From assembly GCA_963713485.1 (NCBI GenBank), contig CAVQLW010000010.1, forward strand, positions 17,376 to 81,375: a stretch of 64,000 bases of DNA, in the 5' to 3' direction. Within the stretch, counting starts at the first letter, position 1. Every line of letters begins with the position of its first letter. The stretch comes from Candidatus Dormiibacterota bacterium. GTDB lineage: Bacteria; Chloroflexota; Dormibacteria; Aeolococcales; Aeolococcaceae. Below the pieces are notes generated by a model. The model ran no database searches, was not told where the DNA came from, and saw only the letters and a list, made by a program, of their open reading frames with translations. The position numbers and the translations under genes were made by a program. Shown piece by piece: positions 40,493 to 52,329 of the stretch.

Positions 40493-41499
40493 CTACTGAG
40501 GCGTGATGGTCGCGGTGCCGTCCTCGGCGATGTTCACGAGGACCGCGTCCGCCGCAGCGCTCGGGCCGCTGGGATCGACCGTGATCATCACCGTGACCGT
40601 GGACGGGTACTTCGCCTCCATGGTGAGGTAGTTCGAATGCGACTGCCTCGCCGGAACCGCTGATTGCAGTTGGTACCACTGGTCGCTGTTGCCGCTCGCC
40701 GAACTCGCCGTGCACCTGCATCCCGGCGGGAAGCTCGTGGTCGGAGGTGTTCTCGAGCAGGTAGTGCACTCGGAACAGGCCGCTGCCCAAGTGCTCGACC
40801 TGCTCGATCTTCACGGTCAGTGTGTACGTCTGCGTGTCGTCGAACGACAGCGCCGTCCCCTGATGCCCGGCAATCTGTGTCGTGGCTGCCGGCGACGTGC
40901 GCCACCACCGCGCCGTCCCGATCCCGGACAACGACGGTCACCTCCCACGTCCCGGGATCGAGCTGTATCGGCATGGTCCCGTACTGCGTCTCGCCGGGGG
41001 CGAATGCTCCGGCGGGGCTCGCCACGGAAGTGCGCGTTGCTCTGACCGCTGTCCGTCGAGACGGCCTGGACGGCCGGAGTCAGCATCCCGTCCTCGACCG
41101 CAGCGGCGCCCGTGTTGGTGATCGTGTAGCGCACGTTGAGCCCGGTCGTCCCGTCGGCGAGTGTCGCGTGATCGAGCGTCGGTTCCGAGACCGTGATGCT
41201 GAGCGCCGCACCGTGTGCTGTCGCAGCGGCTTCGGTACGCAGCGGCCCCGCTCGCCGAGCTGCCGGCGGCTTGCTGCGGCCGCGCCCTGCACCGGTTGCC
41301 ATTGCGCGCCATCCCATTGCCACTGGCCGTCTTCCGAGAGCGCCCCCACTCCCGATGATGTGGTGGTGCCTGCGGGGGCGGTCTCGGTTGCTGCGGCCGC
41401 GCCACCGGCGGTCGCACCGCTCACCGGCTGCCATTGCGCGCCGTCCCACCACCATTGACCGTCCTCCGAACGGGGCGCGTCCTGCGGGATGACCGACAT
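40493..41499 (-). CDS. Protein with two SEDGQWxWDGAQWQP repeats and probable Ig-like beta domains (several apparent frameshifts)
   Basis: RBS GGAGG plus MSVIPQDAPRSEDGQWWWDGAQWQPV...SEDGQWQWDGAQWQPV; beta-rich segments (VRYTITNTG, FRVHYLLENTS) pieced across frames, ending DGTATITPQ-stop. Confidence 0.55.
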
Positions 41500-41602
41500 C
41501 GATCGACCCTCCGTGATCAGTGGCCAGCCGGGTGTCCGAGCGGTCCCATGATATGCCCGTATTGCCGCCGATTGACATCGGACGACACGAGGAGTGCACA
41601 GC

Positions 41603-41899
41603 ATGATTGCCTGGTTCAGCATCGCCCCGGACGACGGTTCCGGCTCGTATTCCAAGCATGTGGCGTCCGCGCTCCGGATCCTCGAGGAGAGCGGCCTTGC
41701 GTTCCGTCTCGGAGCGATGGGGACGGAGGTCGAGGGGCCGCGCGACCAGGTCCTCGCCGTGCTCACGCGCTGCCACGAGACGCTGGCCACCGCTCCCGGC
41801 GTACGACGCACGAGCACAGTGATCAAGATCGACGATCGTGCCGGGATCGACAGCGGCGAGATGCGCCGGAAGGTGGGCGCGGTCGAGCGCCTGCTCTGA
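41603..41899 (+). CDS. MTH1187/YkoF family thiamine-binding protein
   Basis: MIAWFSIAP...SKHVA...SGL.FRLGAMGTEVEG...IKIDDR. Confidence 0.88.
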   Translation: MIAWFSIAPDDGSGSYSKHVASALRILEESGLAFRLGAMGTEVEGPRDQVLAVLTRCHETLATAPGVRRTSTVIKIDDRAGIDSGEMRRKVGAVERLL

Positions 41900-41907
41900 C
41901 GGCGGCG

Positions 41908-43014
41908 CTAGTCGAGGAAGTCGGTGAGTCGCTTGCTGCGAGACGGGTGACGCAGCTTGCGCAGCGCCTTCGCCTCGATCTGGCGGATGCGCTCGCGGGT
42001 GACCCCGAATCGCTTGCCGACCTCCTCCAGCGTCAGCTGGCGGGCATCGACAAGGCCGTACCGCAACTGCACCACGCGACGCTCGCGCGGCGTCAGGGAA
42101 TCCAACGCGTCCTCGACCTCCGAGCGGAGCATCGTCAGTGAGGCAGCCTGCGGTGGCGTCGTCGCCTCCTTGTCCTCGATGAAGTCGCCGAACTCGGCAT
42201 CGCCGTCCTCGCCGACCGGGCTCGACAGTGACAGCGGCTCACGGGACATCTTCAGGACCTCGCGCACTCGGTCCGGCGTGAGGCCCATCTCCTCGGCGAT
42301 CTCCTCGTCGTCCGGCTCGCGTCCGAGCTCCTGAAACAACCGCCTCGACACACGCGTGAGCTTGTTGATGACCTCGGTCATGTGCACCGGGATGCGGATG
42401 GTGCGTGACTGGTCGGCGAGCGCTCGCGTCACCGCCTGACGGATCCACCACGTCGCATACGTCGAGAACTTGTAGCCGCGCCGGTAGTCGAACTTCGCGA
42501 CGGCGCGCATCAAACCGGTGTTGCCTTCCTGGATCAGGTCGAGGAACGGCATGCCGCGGCCGAGATATTTCTTGGCGATGGAAACAACGAGGCGGAGGTT
42601 TGCCTCGGTGAGCTTGTCGCGCGCGTCCTCATCGCCGAGCTCGATGCGCATGGCGTACTCGACCTCCTGCTCCTTGCGCAGGAGTGCGACTCGACCGATC
42701 TCCTTGAGGTACATCCTCACCGGATCGTCGAACGCGTAGGTGTCGGCCGCCTCCGTTTCGACGGCCTCGTCCTGCTCGTGATCTTCGACGACATCGCCGT
42801 CGCCGTCGCTCACCTCGATCCCCAGCTCTCGGAACGCACCGAAGACGCGTTCGAGTTGATCGGGGTCAGCCTCGAAGGGAGGGAGCCCCTGCAGGATGTC
42901 GTCTGGTGTCAGGTGTCCGTGCTCTTTGCCACGGAGAATGAGGATCTCAGCCGCGCTGATGAGCTCATCGTCCGCTCTCCAAGGAGCCGCCGTCACACGC
43001 GCGTTCGCTGTCAT
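41908..43014 (-). CDS. rpoD: RNA polymerase sigma-70 factor, group 1 (RpoD/SigA-like), probably an extra paralog
   Basis: Region 1.1-like N-terminus, [59 protein letters not shown]. Confidence 0.9.
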   Translation of the reverse strand: MTANARVTAAPWRADDELISAAEILILRGKEHGHLTPDDILQGLPPFEADPDQLERVFGAFRELGIEVSDGDGDVVEDHEQDEAVETEAADTYAFDDPVRMYLKEIGRVALLRKEQEVEYAMRIELGDEDARDKLTEANLRLVVSIAKKYLGRGMPFLDLIQEGNTGLMRAVAKFDYRRGYKFSTYATWWIRQAVTRALADQSRTIRIPVHMTEVINKLTRVSRRLFQELGREPDDEEIAEEMGLTPDRVREVLKMSREPLSLSSPVGEDGDAEFGDFIEDKEATTPPQAASLTMLRSEVEDALDSLTPRERRVVQLRYGLVDARQLTLEEVGKRFGVTRERIRQIEAKALRKLRHPSRSKRLTDFLD

Positions 43015-43204
43015 GACGACCCCAGGGTGAGTGCGTGATCGGATCACCCCGCTGGGGGTCTGCACCACCGTACGGTACCTGACAGTCGGGTATCCCAAAC
43101 ATGGCCGAGCCGAAGATGCCGTGCCGGCAACGGAGATCGGCAGTGGCACTGGCGCAAGTGCAAATACGCAACCGGGCGTAGGATGAGCCCACCGTGGACC
43201 GCCG

Positions 43205-43891
43205 ATGAGCAGTCTCTTTCGTCGCCGCCACCAGGAAGAGGTCGCACCCGAGCCGGTATCCACCGGGATCGCCTGCAGCATGCCCGGGTGTTTGCACGAC
43301 AACGCGCTGCCGTGCGCATACCGCGACCGTCGTGGACGCGGCTGTGAAGCGACGTACTGCCCGGATCACCGTGTGACGTTCGCGGGTGTCCCATATTGCC
43401 GCCGGCATGGGGGCACCATTCAGGCGATCGGGGAGGCGGCGTTCGATCCCAACGGACTCCCCGACATCGACGATCGCACACCGTCGCTGGTCAACTGGGT
43501 CTCGCGCGACCTCGATGCGAAGATTCGCGCCATGCTCGCGGGAGCGGTGCGGCCCGGTGAAGGCGTCGTCGTCGACGACGCGGTCCGTCTCGCCCGCGAC
43601 CGGTCCCGCGCGTCGCGCTGGGAACGCAGCTGGCGGATCGTTGAAAGCACGGGGATCGTGCTCAAGGTGACGGTCCACATCTCCGACGAGGACGACGCGA
43701 TGGTGCACGTCACCGTCGGCAACGACGTGGTGGCAGACGAGATCCCGCCGTGGATCGCGCGCCGCCGGGAGGGGCTGCCGTTCGACGCGGCGATCGACCT
43801 CGAGGAACGCCGGCTCTTCTATCAGTCGCTCGAGGAGCGAATCGCGGACGCGGTGACCCGTTTTGCCGCCACGCCGACTCGCTGGCGATAA
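43205..43891 (+). CDS. Hypothetical protein with N-terminal Cys/His zinc-finger-like region
   Basis: CSMPGC...CAYRD...CEATYCPDH...YCRRH; plausible start, coding-like composition. Confidence 0.7.
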   Translation: MSSLFRRRHQEEVAPEPVSTGIACSMPGCLHDNALPCAYRDRRGRGCEATYCPDHRVTFAGVPYCRRHGGTIQAIGEAAFDPNGLPDIDDRTPSLVNWVSRDLDAKIRAMLAGAVRPGEGVVVDDAVRLARDRSRASRWERSWRIVESTGIVLKVTVHISDEDDAMVHVTVGNDVVADEIPPWIARRREGLPFDAAIDLEERRLFYQSLEERIADAVTRFAATPTRWR

Positions 43892-43897
43892 CCGCTG

Positions 43898-44947
43898 GTG
43901 TCGTCGCTTCCGGTCCTGCTGATCATCGTCCTGTTCCTCGTCGCGTCCGCGGCCACGTGGGCCGCGGGGATCGAGCTGTCCCGATCGACCGACGAGCTCG
44001 ACCGGCGGCTCGGGATCGGTGACGCGCTCGGGGGCATGGTGCTCCTCGCGATCGCGGGCAGCCTGCCGGAGCTCGCGATCACGATTTCCGCGGCGGCAAC
44101 CGGTCACCTCGACCTGGCGGCAGGGAACCTCATCGGCGGGATTGCCACCGCGACGATGGTGCTCGTCATCTGCGACCTCTGTGCGCCGCGACCGCTCACG
44201 TACCTTGTCGGCTCGCTCGTGCCGGTGCTCGAAGGGATGCTCGTGGTGCTCACGGTTGCGGTCGTGCTCATGGGAGCACTGCTCCCCAGGACGGTGACGT
44301 TCGGTGGCCGCGTCAGCCCGGCGTCGGTGGCGATCGTGGTGGTGTGGATCTTCGGCGTCTGGGTGCTCAATCGCGTGCGCTCGCATCCGAAGTGGAAGCT
44401 GGTGATGGAGGGCTCGCAGCCGGGGCGCCCGCATCGCCGCGTGCGTCACCCCGTCGCCGACGCGGTGCGCGCGACACACTCGACGGCTCGGGTGGTCACG
44501 GTATTCGTAGTGGCATCGGTCGTGACCCTGGTTGCGGGGGTCGTGCTCGAGGTCACGGGGAGCGAGCTGGCGAGTCGCGCGGGGATCGACGGCGTCGTGT
44601 TCGGTGCGACGGTGCTCGCGCTCGCGACGGCGCTTCCGGAGATCAGCTCCGGCATCGAGGCGGTCCGTCTCGGTGACCATCAACTCGCGATCGGCGACGT
44701 CTTCGGCGGCAACGCCTTTCAGCTCTGCCTCTTCGTGGTCGCGGATCTCATCGCCGCGAAGCCGACGCTGCCGAGCACCGGCATCGCGAACGCGTGGCTG
44801 GCGGCATTGAGCCTGGCGCTCACATCCCTGTACGTCGGCGGTGTCATCGTGAGGCCCTCGCGGCCCAATCGGCTGGGGCCGGATTCGATCCTGGCGATCG
44901 CCTTCTACGCGGTGGGGATCGTCGGGCTGCTCCGGCTCACGCAATGA
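43898..44947 (+). CDS. Cation:Ca2+ (CaCA) antiporter
   Basis: Two alpha repeats GSLPELA / TALPEIS, GNLIGG / GDVFGGN, about 10 TM. Confidence 0.88.
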   Translation: MSSLPVLLIIVLFLVASAATWAAGIELSRSTDELDRRLGIGDALGGMVLLAIAGSLPELAITISAAATGHLDLAAGNLIGGIATATMVLVICDLCAPRPLTYLVGSLVPVLEGMLVVLTVAVVLMGALLPRTVTFGGRVSPASVAIVVVWIFGVWVLNRVRSHPKWKLVMEGSQPGRPHRRVRHPVADAVRATHSTARVVTVFVVASVVTLVAGVVLEVTGSELASRAGIDGVVFGATVLALATALPEISSGIEAVRLGDHQLAIGDVFGGNAFQLCLFVVADLIAAKPTLPSTGIANAWLAALSLALTSLYVGGVIVRPSRPNRLGPDSILAIAFYAVGIVGLLRLTQ

Positions 44948-44974
44948 CGGGGCACACGAGCGGTGCCCGTCACC

Positions 44975-46115
44975 TCACCGCAACGCGCTGAGAAAGGCGG
45001 CCAGTCGCTCGTAATCCTCGAGGCGGTTGTATGCATGAGCCGACAGGCGCAGCACGGCCCCGCCACGCGCCATGGTCGTCATGATCTCGGCGCCGATCTC
45101 ATCTGCGACACGCTGACGCAGCGCCCGGGCGCTCTCGATGTCCCAGGCCATCCGGGGCGGCAGGTGCAGCGTGATCATGGCGATCGACGCCGGTGCGGGT
45201 GGCGCCTGTCCGAGCGCAGCAGCGACGAGCGCCGCACCCTGGTTGACCAGCGCGGTGTTGCGTTGCAGCAGCGTGTCGATTCCGGCCTCCGCGAGCGTGT
45301 CGAGGGCGCACGGCGTCGCGAGCAGTGCCGAGTAGTCGGCGGTCCCCCACCACTCGAGACCGCTGGGGAATCCTCGATGCGCCTCCGATCCAGGCACCGC
45401 CGCCCGCATCGCGTCCCGCCACCGCGAGGCCACCGCGAGGAATGCCGAGCCCCACGGAGCGCAGCACCATTTGTGGAAGTTGCCCGTGTAGAAGTCAGCG
45501 CCGATCGCGCGAACGTCGAGGCTGAGCATCCCCGGTGCGTGTGCTCCGTCGATGAGCACCGCGGTGCCGTTGGCATGGCATCGCTCGACAATGGCCGTCG
45601 GGTCGACCGGGATCGCGGTTGGAGACGTGATGTGATCGACGATGGCGAGGCGCGTGCGCGGCGAGAGCCGGTCCTCCACTGCGGTGACGATGCCGTCGCC
45701 GTCACGCTCATCCAACGCGGGGAGATCGGCCTGCACCAGCACCGCGCCGGTTCTCGCGCACGTGTCGCCGGCAGCAGCGCGAACGGCGGCGTAGGTGTCG
45801 TCCGTGATGAGCACCTCGTCGCCCGTCTTCAGCGGGAACGAAGCCAGCACCGTCGACGCCGCCCACGTCACGTTGGGCTGCAGCAGCACCGCCGATGGAT
45901 CTGCCTGCACGAAATCCGCGACCTTGATGCGCACCGCGTCCAGGCTGTCGGCGAGCACGCGTGTGAAGAACCCGTTCGGATTCGCTTGCGCGATGAGGCG
46001 GCAGCGATCCTGCTCGCGACGAACCACCTTGGTGACAGCCCCGAACGAGCCGTGGTTGAGGTGGAGAGTTCGCGGGGTCCAGCATCCAGGCGTCCCGGTC
46101 GAAGAGGTCGTTCAT
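44975..46115 (-). CDS. Class V PLP-dependent aminotransferase (isopenicillin N epimerase/EgtE-like; apparent frameshift ~46070)
   Basis: HLNHGSFGA, DHITSPTA, LIDGAHAPG, GNFHKW (PLP Lys), RLSAHAYN. Confidence 0.85.
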
Positions 46116-46134
46116 CGGCACCGGACTGCATACC

Positions 46135-46947
46135 ATGGGACGCATGGTGGGTGACGACCGGCTGGCAACGTCGTTCGGAACGATCGCCGAAGACTACGAT
46201 CGGCTCCGCGCGGCGCCACCGCCACCGGCGGTGCGCTGGTTGCTGCCGCGAGACTGCGACAGCGCGGTCGATCTCGGAGCCGGTACCGGACTGCTCACGA
46301 GGGCGCTGGCCGGCACGGTGGCGCACGTCATCGCCGTCGAACCTGATGCCCGGATGCGATCAGTGCTGATCGCGCGCACACCGGGCGTCCGCGTGCTCGA
46401 CGGGCGTGGAGAGGCGATCCCGCTGCCCGATGCCGGCCAGGACGCGGTGCTCGTGTCGTCGGCATGGCACTGGATGGACCCCGATCGAGCGGTTCCCGAG
46501 GTGGCGCGGGTGCTCCGGGATCACGGGCGCTTCGGCATCGTCTGGACGAGCCGTGATCGACATGTGGACTGGATACGGGAGCTGGACCGGCTGCGAATCG
46601 CCGCCCCGGAGCAGCCACCGGAGGATGCGGGCGTCGAGGGACGGCGTCGAGGTATCACGAGGGTTGTCCTGGCCGACGACGCGCCCTTCAGCCACATCGA
46701 GACGGCGTCGTTCGCCTTCACCACGACGATGACGATCGACGACCTCGTCGACGCGCTCGCCACCCACAGCCGTGTGATCCTTGCCGACCCCGCAGTGCGC
46801 GCGGCGGGCTTGGAGCGGGCGCGACATGCGCTGCGCACGTGGTTTCCGAATCGAGACTCGATCGCCGTGCCGATGCGCGCCGAATGCTGGCGCGCCGACC
46901 GCATCACCCGGCAGGGCACCCTCAGTCTCGCGACGATTCGGGGTTAG
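46135..46947 (+). CDS. Class I SAM-dependent methyltransferase
   Basis: VDLGAGTG, AVEPD, GEAIPLPD, AWHW, RVLR. Confidence 0.9.
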   Translation: MGRMVGDDRLATSFGTIAEDYDRLRAAPPPPAVRWLLPRDCDSAVDLGAGTGLLTRALAGTVAHVIAVEPDARMRSVLIARTPGVRVLDGRGEAIPLPDAGQDAVLVSSAWHWMDPDRAVPEVARVLRDHGRFGIVWTSRDRHVDWIRELDRLRIAAPEQPPEDAGVEGRRRGITRVVLADDAPFSHIETASFAFTTTMTIDDLVDALATHSRVILADPAVRAAGLERARHALRTWFPNRDSIAVPMRAECWRADRITRQGTLSLATIRG

Positions 46948-47177
46948 CGCGCCTCGTCGATGAAGGCCAGTGGACAGCGGCCCGGGACCATCTTGGTCAC
47001 GGTCACGGACACCCGGTACTCCGGCGTGCCCTGCGCACCGACGAGGTGCAGCCCCTGACAGACGTACGGCGGCGTGTCGGTCCGGGGACAGCGTCCGTCC
47101 TCGGTGGGGCCTTCGCACATCGAGACGATCTGATCCGTGGCCGGGTCGAGCATCACGAACAGCCGATCAGGTTCCAT
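46944..47177 (-). CDS. Small Cys-containing hypothetical protein (77 aa)
   Basis: MEPDRLFVMLDP...CEGP...CPR...CQG...CPL; fills the gap downstream of amt. Confidence 0.5.
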   Translation of the reverse strand: MEPDRLFVMLDPATDQIVSMCEGPTEDGRCPRTDTPPYVCQGLHLVGAQGTPEYRVSVTVTKMVPGRCPLAFIDEAR

Positions 47178-47269
47178 GACGGCAGCGTGTGCTCTGGGCA
47201 CGATGGCGGCCAGTGCCAAATGTCGCCGAACGTCAGGGACCTTTGGCGCAAAGCTGACGAGGTCAGCCG

Positions 47270-48535
<1,266 letters not shown>

Positions 48536-48649
48536 GAGGCATCCCTCAACGGACGGCGGTGGCGAGTGGAGCAGTGTCTCCTCGCGCGAATGGCACGGAT
48601 TGTATCTGCCACTATCGGCGAAAAACCGTCAACCTCTCGTTCGACCCAG

Positions 48650-49708
48650 TCAGGCTGAGCCGGGGAGGCCCTCGGCGACGGTGAGTTGGCGAGCAACCGC
48701 CGTTGCGTCGTCGAAGAGCGCCTGGGCGCCGACGATGTTGGACTCGGCGCCCGAGTGTGCGTTCACGCGCCCCTCGTCGACACCGTCGTGCACCCGTCCG
48801 GTCGCCCGGTCGTAGATGGGCGTGCCGGCAGGGTTGCGCCCGTCAAACCACGCGCATGCGTCGGCGGCGAGCACCCTGTAGTCTGGCGAGCCGGTCACCT
48901 CCGCAAGCCTGCCGAGCGCGTAGACCGACGACGCGACGTCGTACGGCTGGACGTGCGGCTCGCCGAAACCACCGGCGACCACGGGTGTGAAGACCAGCTC
49001 AGCGCTGCGCCGCGCGGCCATCAGCACGTCATCCCGTCCGAGGCGCACGGCAACGTCGGCGAGCACGCCCTCCTGGATGTGACCCCACAGGTGAGGGTGG
49101 CCTCGCTCGTCCGGTGAGTTCATGAGCACGTCGCCGGACGAGCAGCTCAGCAACTCGTCAACCCACCCTGGCAGAAGCTCGAGGAGGCCATGATCGTCGG
49201 AACCGTCGGGAATCGCGAGAGCCGTTCGGATGTGAAGGGCACGGACATCGGCCGGCACCTCGGTCGCGGCGATGATGTGCGGGACCGCACGTCGTATGGC
49301 GGTGTCGATCCGCGGGTTGTCGAGGATCGCTGCCGCCCGAGCAAGCGCGATCAACGCGCGTGCCTGCCAGAATCCGCCCCCGGCGACCGAGGTGCGGCCG
49401 CCACGGTTCGGCGTTCCCTCCCAGTCGCGGATGAAGTTCAGCCAGCGTCCATCCGGCTCCTGCATGGCGAGCACGAAGTCAAGCAGGCCCTCGCACCAGC
49501 GCATCACCCACGGCAGCTGTGTCGCGCTCCAGAGGTCGCAGTACAGCTCGAGGGCGCGCGCCGCATCGTCGACGCATGCGACACCCTCATAGCCGGCCTC
49601 CTGGGCTCGAATCAGCTCGTCGCGCTCGTCGGCGTACACGGCGATGGCGAGGGCCCGAGGCCCGGCAAACGGGGTTGAGCGACCAAGCCGTGCGATCTGC
49701 CTCAGCAC
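48650..49708 (-). CDS. Alpha/alpha-toroid protein of the type associated with GT4 glycosyltransferases
   Basis: ACVDDAARA, DGRWLNF, WFDGRNP..PIYD..TG..DG...N.HSGAES. Confidence 0.75.
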   Translation of the reverse strand: MLRQIARLGRSTPFAGPRALAIAVYADERDELIRAQEAGYEGVACVDDAARALELYCDLWSATQLPWVMRWCEGLLDFVLAMQEPDGRWLNFIRDWEGTPNRGGRTSVAGGGFWQARALIALARAAAILDNPRIDTAIRRAVPHIIAATEVPADVRALHIRTALAIPDGSDDHGLLELLPGWVDELLSCSSGDVLMNSPDERGHPHLWGHIQEGVLADVAVRLGRDDVLMAARRSAELVFTPVVAGGFGEPHVQPYDVASSVYALGRLAEVTGSPDYRVLAADACAWFDGRNPAGTPIYDRATGRVHDGVDEGRVNAHSGAESNIVGAQALFDDATAVARQLTVAEGLPGSA

Positions 49709-52104
49709 GGAACCATCTGGTCAAGAATGTCTTGAACAGTGAAGTCCGCCACGGCGAGGCAGCTGTCAGCGGCGCCGTAGTAGACACGGATGTCCTTCCC
49801 CTCGCCGTCGAGCGGGATGAGCCCGCAGGTGAACACGACGTCGTTGTAGAGGCCGTTGCGCTCGTACGGTGCCGTCGGCACGAGGATGGGCTCCGCCGAG
49901 CGGGCGATGACCCGGCTCGGATCGTCAGCGTCGAGCAGCAGACCACCAAGCGCGTAGCGCGTGTTGCGATCGACCCCGTGATAGATCTCGAGCCAGCCGT
50001 CGTCGACCCTGAATGGCACCGCACTCGCCCCGGTCCGCAGCTCATCCCACATGCCGGCGCGGGGCAGGGCGAGCGGGGCATGCTCACCCCAGTGGACCAG
50101 ATCGTCTGAGAACGCGATCCAGATGCCGAGCACACGGCCGAACGACTGGGGCATCGGACGCGTCAGTGCGGCATACCGACCCTTGAACCGGCCCGGCAGG
50201 AGCACGACGTCCTTGTGATCGGGCAGGAACATGACCCCCTGGCGTTCGAATGAGCGGAAGTCGGTCGTGGTGAGGCGGCTCGTGCTGATCCCGATGCGGC
50301 TCACGGAGACATAGGTGATGTGCCAGACGCCGTCGATGAGCGTCGCCCTCGGATCCTCGCAGCCGTACTCCTCGAAACGATTCGCCGGCACCAGCGAGGG
50401 CCGGTCGTCGACATCGAAGTGGATGCCGTCGCGGCTGCGCGCGACGCGCAGATGCGACATCTGCGTGAGGAAGTCGCTGATGTCATCAGCCGCGGCGGTG
50501 AAACCGCCGGTGAGGTTGCGATAGCGAATCGCCCGCGGGTCGCTGAGGTCGAGACCGGGGAGGTCCCTCGGGATGAACACCTCCACGACTCGCGCCGGCT
50601 CGTGCTTGGTATCCAGAAAGGCGATGCCGATGACGTCGTCCGGCCCGAAGCCGGGACCGAGCGGCTTGATCTCGGGTTCCGGGCGCGTGAGATCGAGCGT
50701 CAGGGCGTCGGCCGGCGGGACCGCACCGACCAACGGCCGCTCGCCGACGCGGATGAGCAGCACCACCTCCTCGTCCACTCGCGCCGCTGCGGCATTGAAC
50801 ACCGAGATGACCTCGAGGCCGGGCAGTGACGGGCGAACGTCGGCCGCCGTGAGGATCGGGTTTTCGCTCGCGCGCCGGCCCAGGTCGTGCTGCACGGCTG
50901 CCGCCGCCACGCGACGAGGCTTCCGCTCTGTTGCACCGGCAGCCTCCGTCATCACCCCGAGGAACGCCCTGGCTGATCGCGGCCATGTCGCGTCGTGCGC
51001 GTACGCGAATGCGGCATCCTCCAACGCCTTCTTCGCAAGCGGGTCGCTGAGGATGGCCGTCACCGCATGCGCAAGCTGCCCCGCATCACGGAAATCGACG
51101 AGCACGCCGCGTCCACCGCTGAGCGCCTCGGCCGCGTGGAGGTACCGCGTCGACACCACCGCCTTGCCGGCGCCCAATGCATATGAGAGCGTGCCGCTCG
51201 TGATCTGGTTGGGGTCGAGGTACGGAGTCACGTAGACATCGGTCGCGAGCAGCAGCTCGATGATGTCGCGCTGCGTCATGTACGTGTCGATGAACGCGAC
51301 ATGATCGTCGAGTCGCAGCGACCGTATCTGCGCGACGAGCGAGTTTCGGTACTCCTCTCCCTGTGCGCGGAGGAGATCCGGATGTGTCTGCCCGGCGATC
51401 AGGTACAGCGCGTCCGGGTGCTGAACGATCACCCGGGACATCGCCTCGATCATGTACTGGAGCCCCTTCCGCGGGTCGACCAGACCGAACGTGGAGATGA
51501 TCGTGCGTCCCTTGACACCGAGCTTGTCCTTGAAGCGAAGCCGCCCGTGCGGCTCGATCACGGGCATCCCGTGCGGGATGACTCGAGGTGGTTTCGCGAG
51601 CCCGTAGTCGTTCGCGAGGAGATCGACCGCGGTCGATGCCATCACGATCAGCTCGTCGCTCTGATCGGCGATGGCGCGAACCGTTGCTCGAATTGACGGC
51701 GTCGGTTGTGGCAGCACCGTGTGCATGGTCACGACAACGGGTTTGCGCAACTCCTCGAGGAAGGGCACGAGGCAGTCGTCATAGGTGCTCTCGGTCCATC
51801 GTCCCGCGACGAACTTCGGCTGCGTCCATGTGCCGTACAGGCCGAACTCGTGCTGCACGTTGACCACGTCAGCATTCGACGTGTTGATCGCTCGCGCCGC
51901 CGCACGATAGCTCGCGGGATCGCCCTGCCGGATGCGCCATCGCACGTCGGATGCGTACGGTCGCAGCACGGTCGGTTCCTCGATCGCGGCGATGCGGCTG
52001 GTGATCGTGTGATCGCTCGCGTGAACGGCCGCGATGAGGTCGGCGGAGAACGTCGCGATACCGCAGCGGCGGGGCACGGCCGACGAGACGAAGGCGATGC
52101 GCAA
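49702..52104 (-). CDS. GT4 glycosyltransferase fused to a GH130 mannoside phosphorylase-like domain
   Basis: N: PRRCGIATF, QHEFGLYG, IPHG, TFGL...KG, QITSGTLSYALGAG; C: ENPIL, VFNAAA, GCEDPR, HKDVVL, IYHG, VVFTCG, YYGAAD; single open frame. Confidence 0.88.
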   Translation of the reverse strand: MRIAFVSSAVPRRCGIATFSADLIAAVHASDHTITSRIAAIEEPTVLRPYASDVRWRIRQGDPASYRAAARAINTSNADVVNVQHEFGLYGTWTQPKFVAGRWTESTYDDCLVPFLEELRKPVVVTMHTVLPQPTPSIRATVRAIADQSDELIVMASTAVDLLANDYGLAKPPRVIPHGMPVIEPHGRLRFKDKLGVKGRTIISTFGLVDPRKGLQYMIEAMSRVIVQHPDALYLIAGQTHPDLLRAQGEEYRNSLVAQIRSLRLDDHVAFIDTYMTQRDIIELLLATDVYVTPYLDPNQITSGTLSYALGAGKAVVSTRYLHAAEALSGGRGVLVDFRDAGQLAHAVTAILSDPLAKKALEDAAFAYAHDATWPRSARAFLGVMTEAAGATERKPRRVAAAAVQHDLGRRASENPILTAADVRPSLPGLEVISVFNAAAARVDEEVVLLIRVGERPLVGAVPPADALTLDLTRPEPEIKPLGPGFGPDDVIGIAFLDTKHEPARVVEVFIPRDLPGLDLSDPRAIRYRNLTGGFTAAADDISDFLTQMSHLRVARSRDGIHFDVDDRPSLVPANRFEEYGCEDPRATLIDGVWHITYVSVSRIGISTSRLTTTDFRSFERQGVMFLPDHKDVVLLPGRFKGRYAALTRPMPQSFGRVLGIWIAFSDDLVHWGEHAPLALPRAGMWDELRTGASAVPFRVDDGWLEIYHGVDRNTRYALGGLLLDADDPSRVIARSAEPILVPTAPYERNGLYNDVVFTCGLIPLDGEGKDIRVYYGAADSCLAVADFTVQDILDQMVPC

Positions 52105-52329
52105 CGTATTACCGAGCGCCTGCGGAACGTGCCACTACCGTGGCCGTGTCCCGCGTGAGCGTGAGATTGCTAACGCCGGATCACCGCGCCGGTGTTCTCC
52201 GCGCGTCCGCAGACCATCGCTGTTGCCATGGGACGATCCTACTCTGTGTCAGCGACACCGCAGACGTCCCACTGTGAGCTCCTCGGAAGGCCTGACGGGC
52301 GACGGCGGCTGGAAATCGAGATGACGCGC

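Noticed and set aside
40359-40931. Apparent 190-aa N-terminal extension fusing an Ig-like domain to cyclase 3
   Set aside because: The paralogs start at the zinc ribbon; the upstream gene has its own stop at 40493, and the open frame is a by-product of its frameshifts.
44975-46115. Beta-lactam or ergothioneine biosynthesis cluster
   Set aside because: Only one class V PLP enzyme; no other pathway genes nearby.
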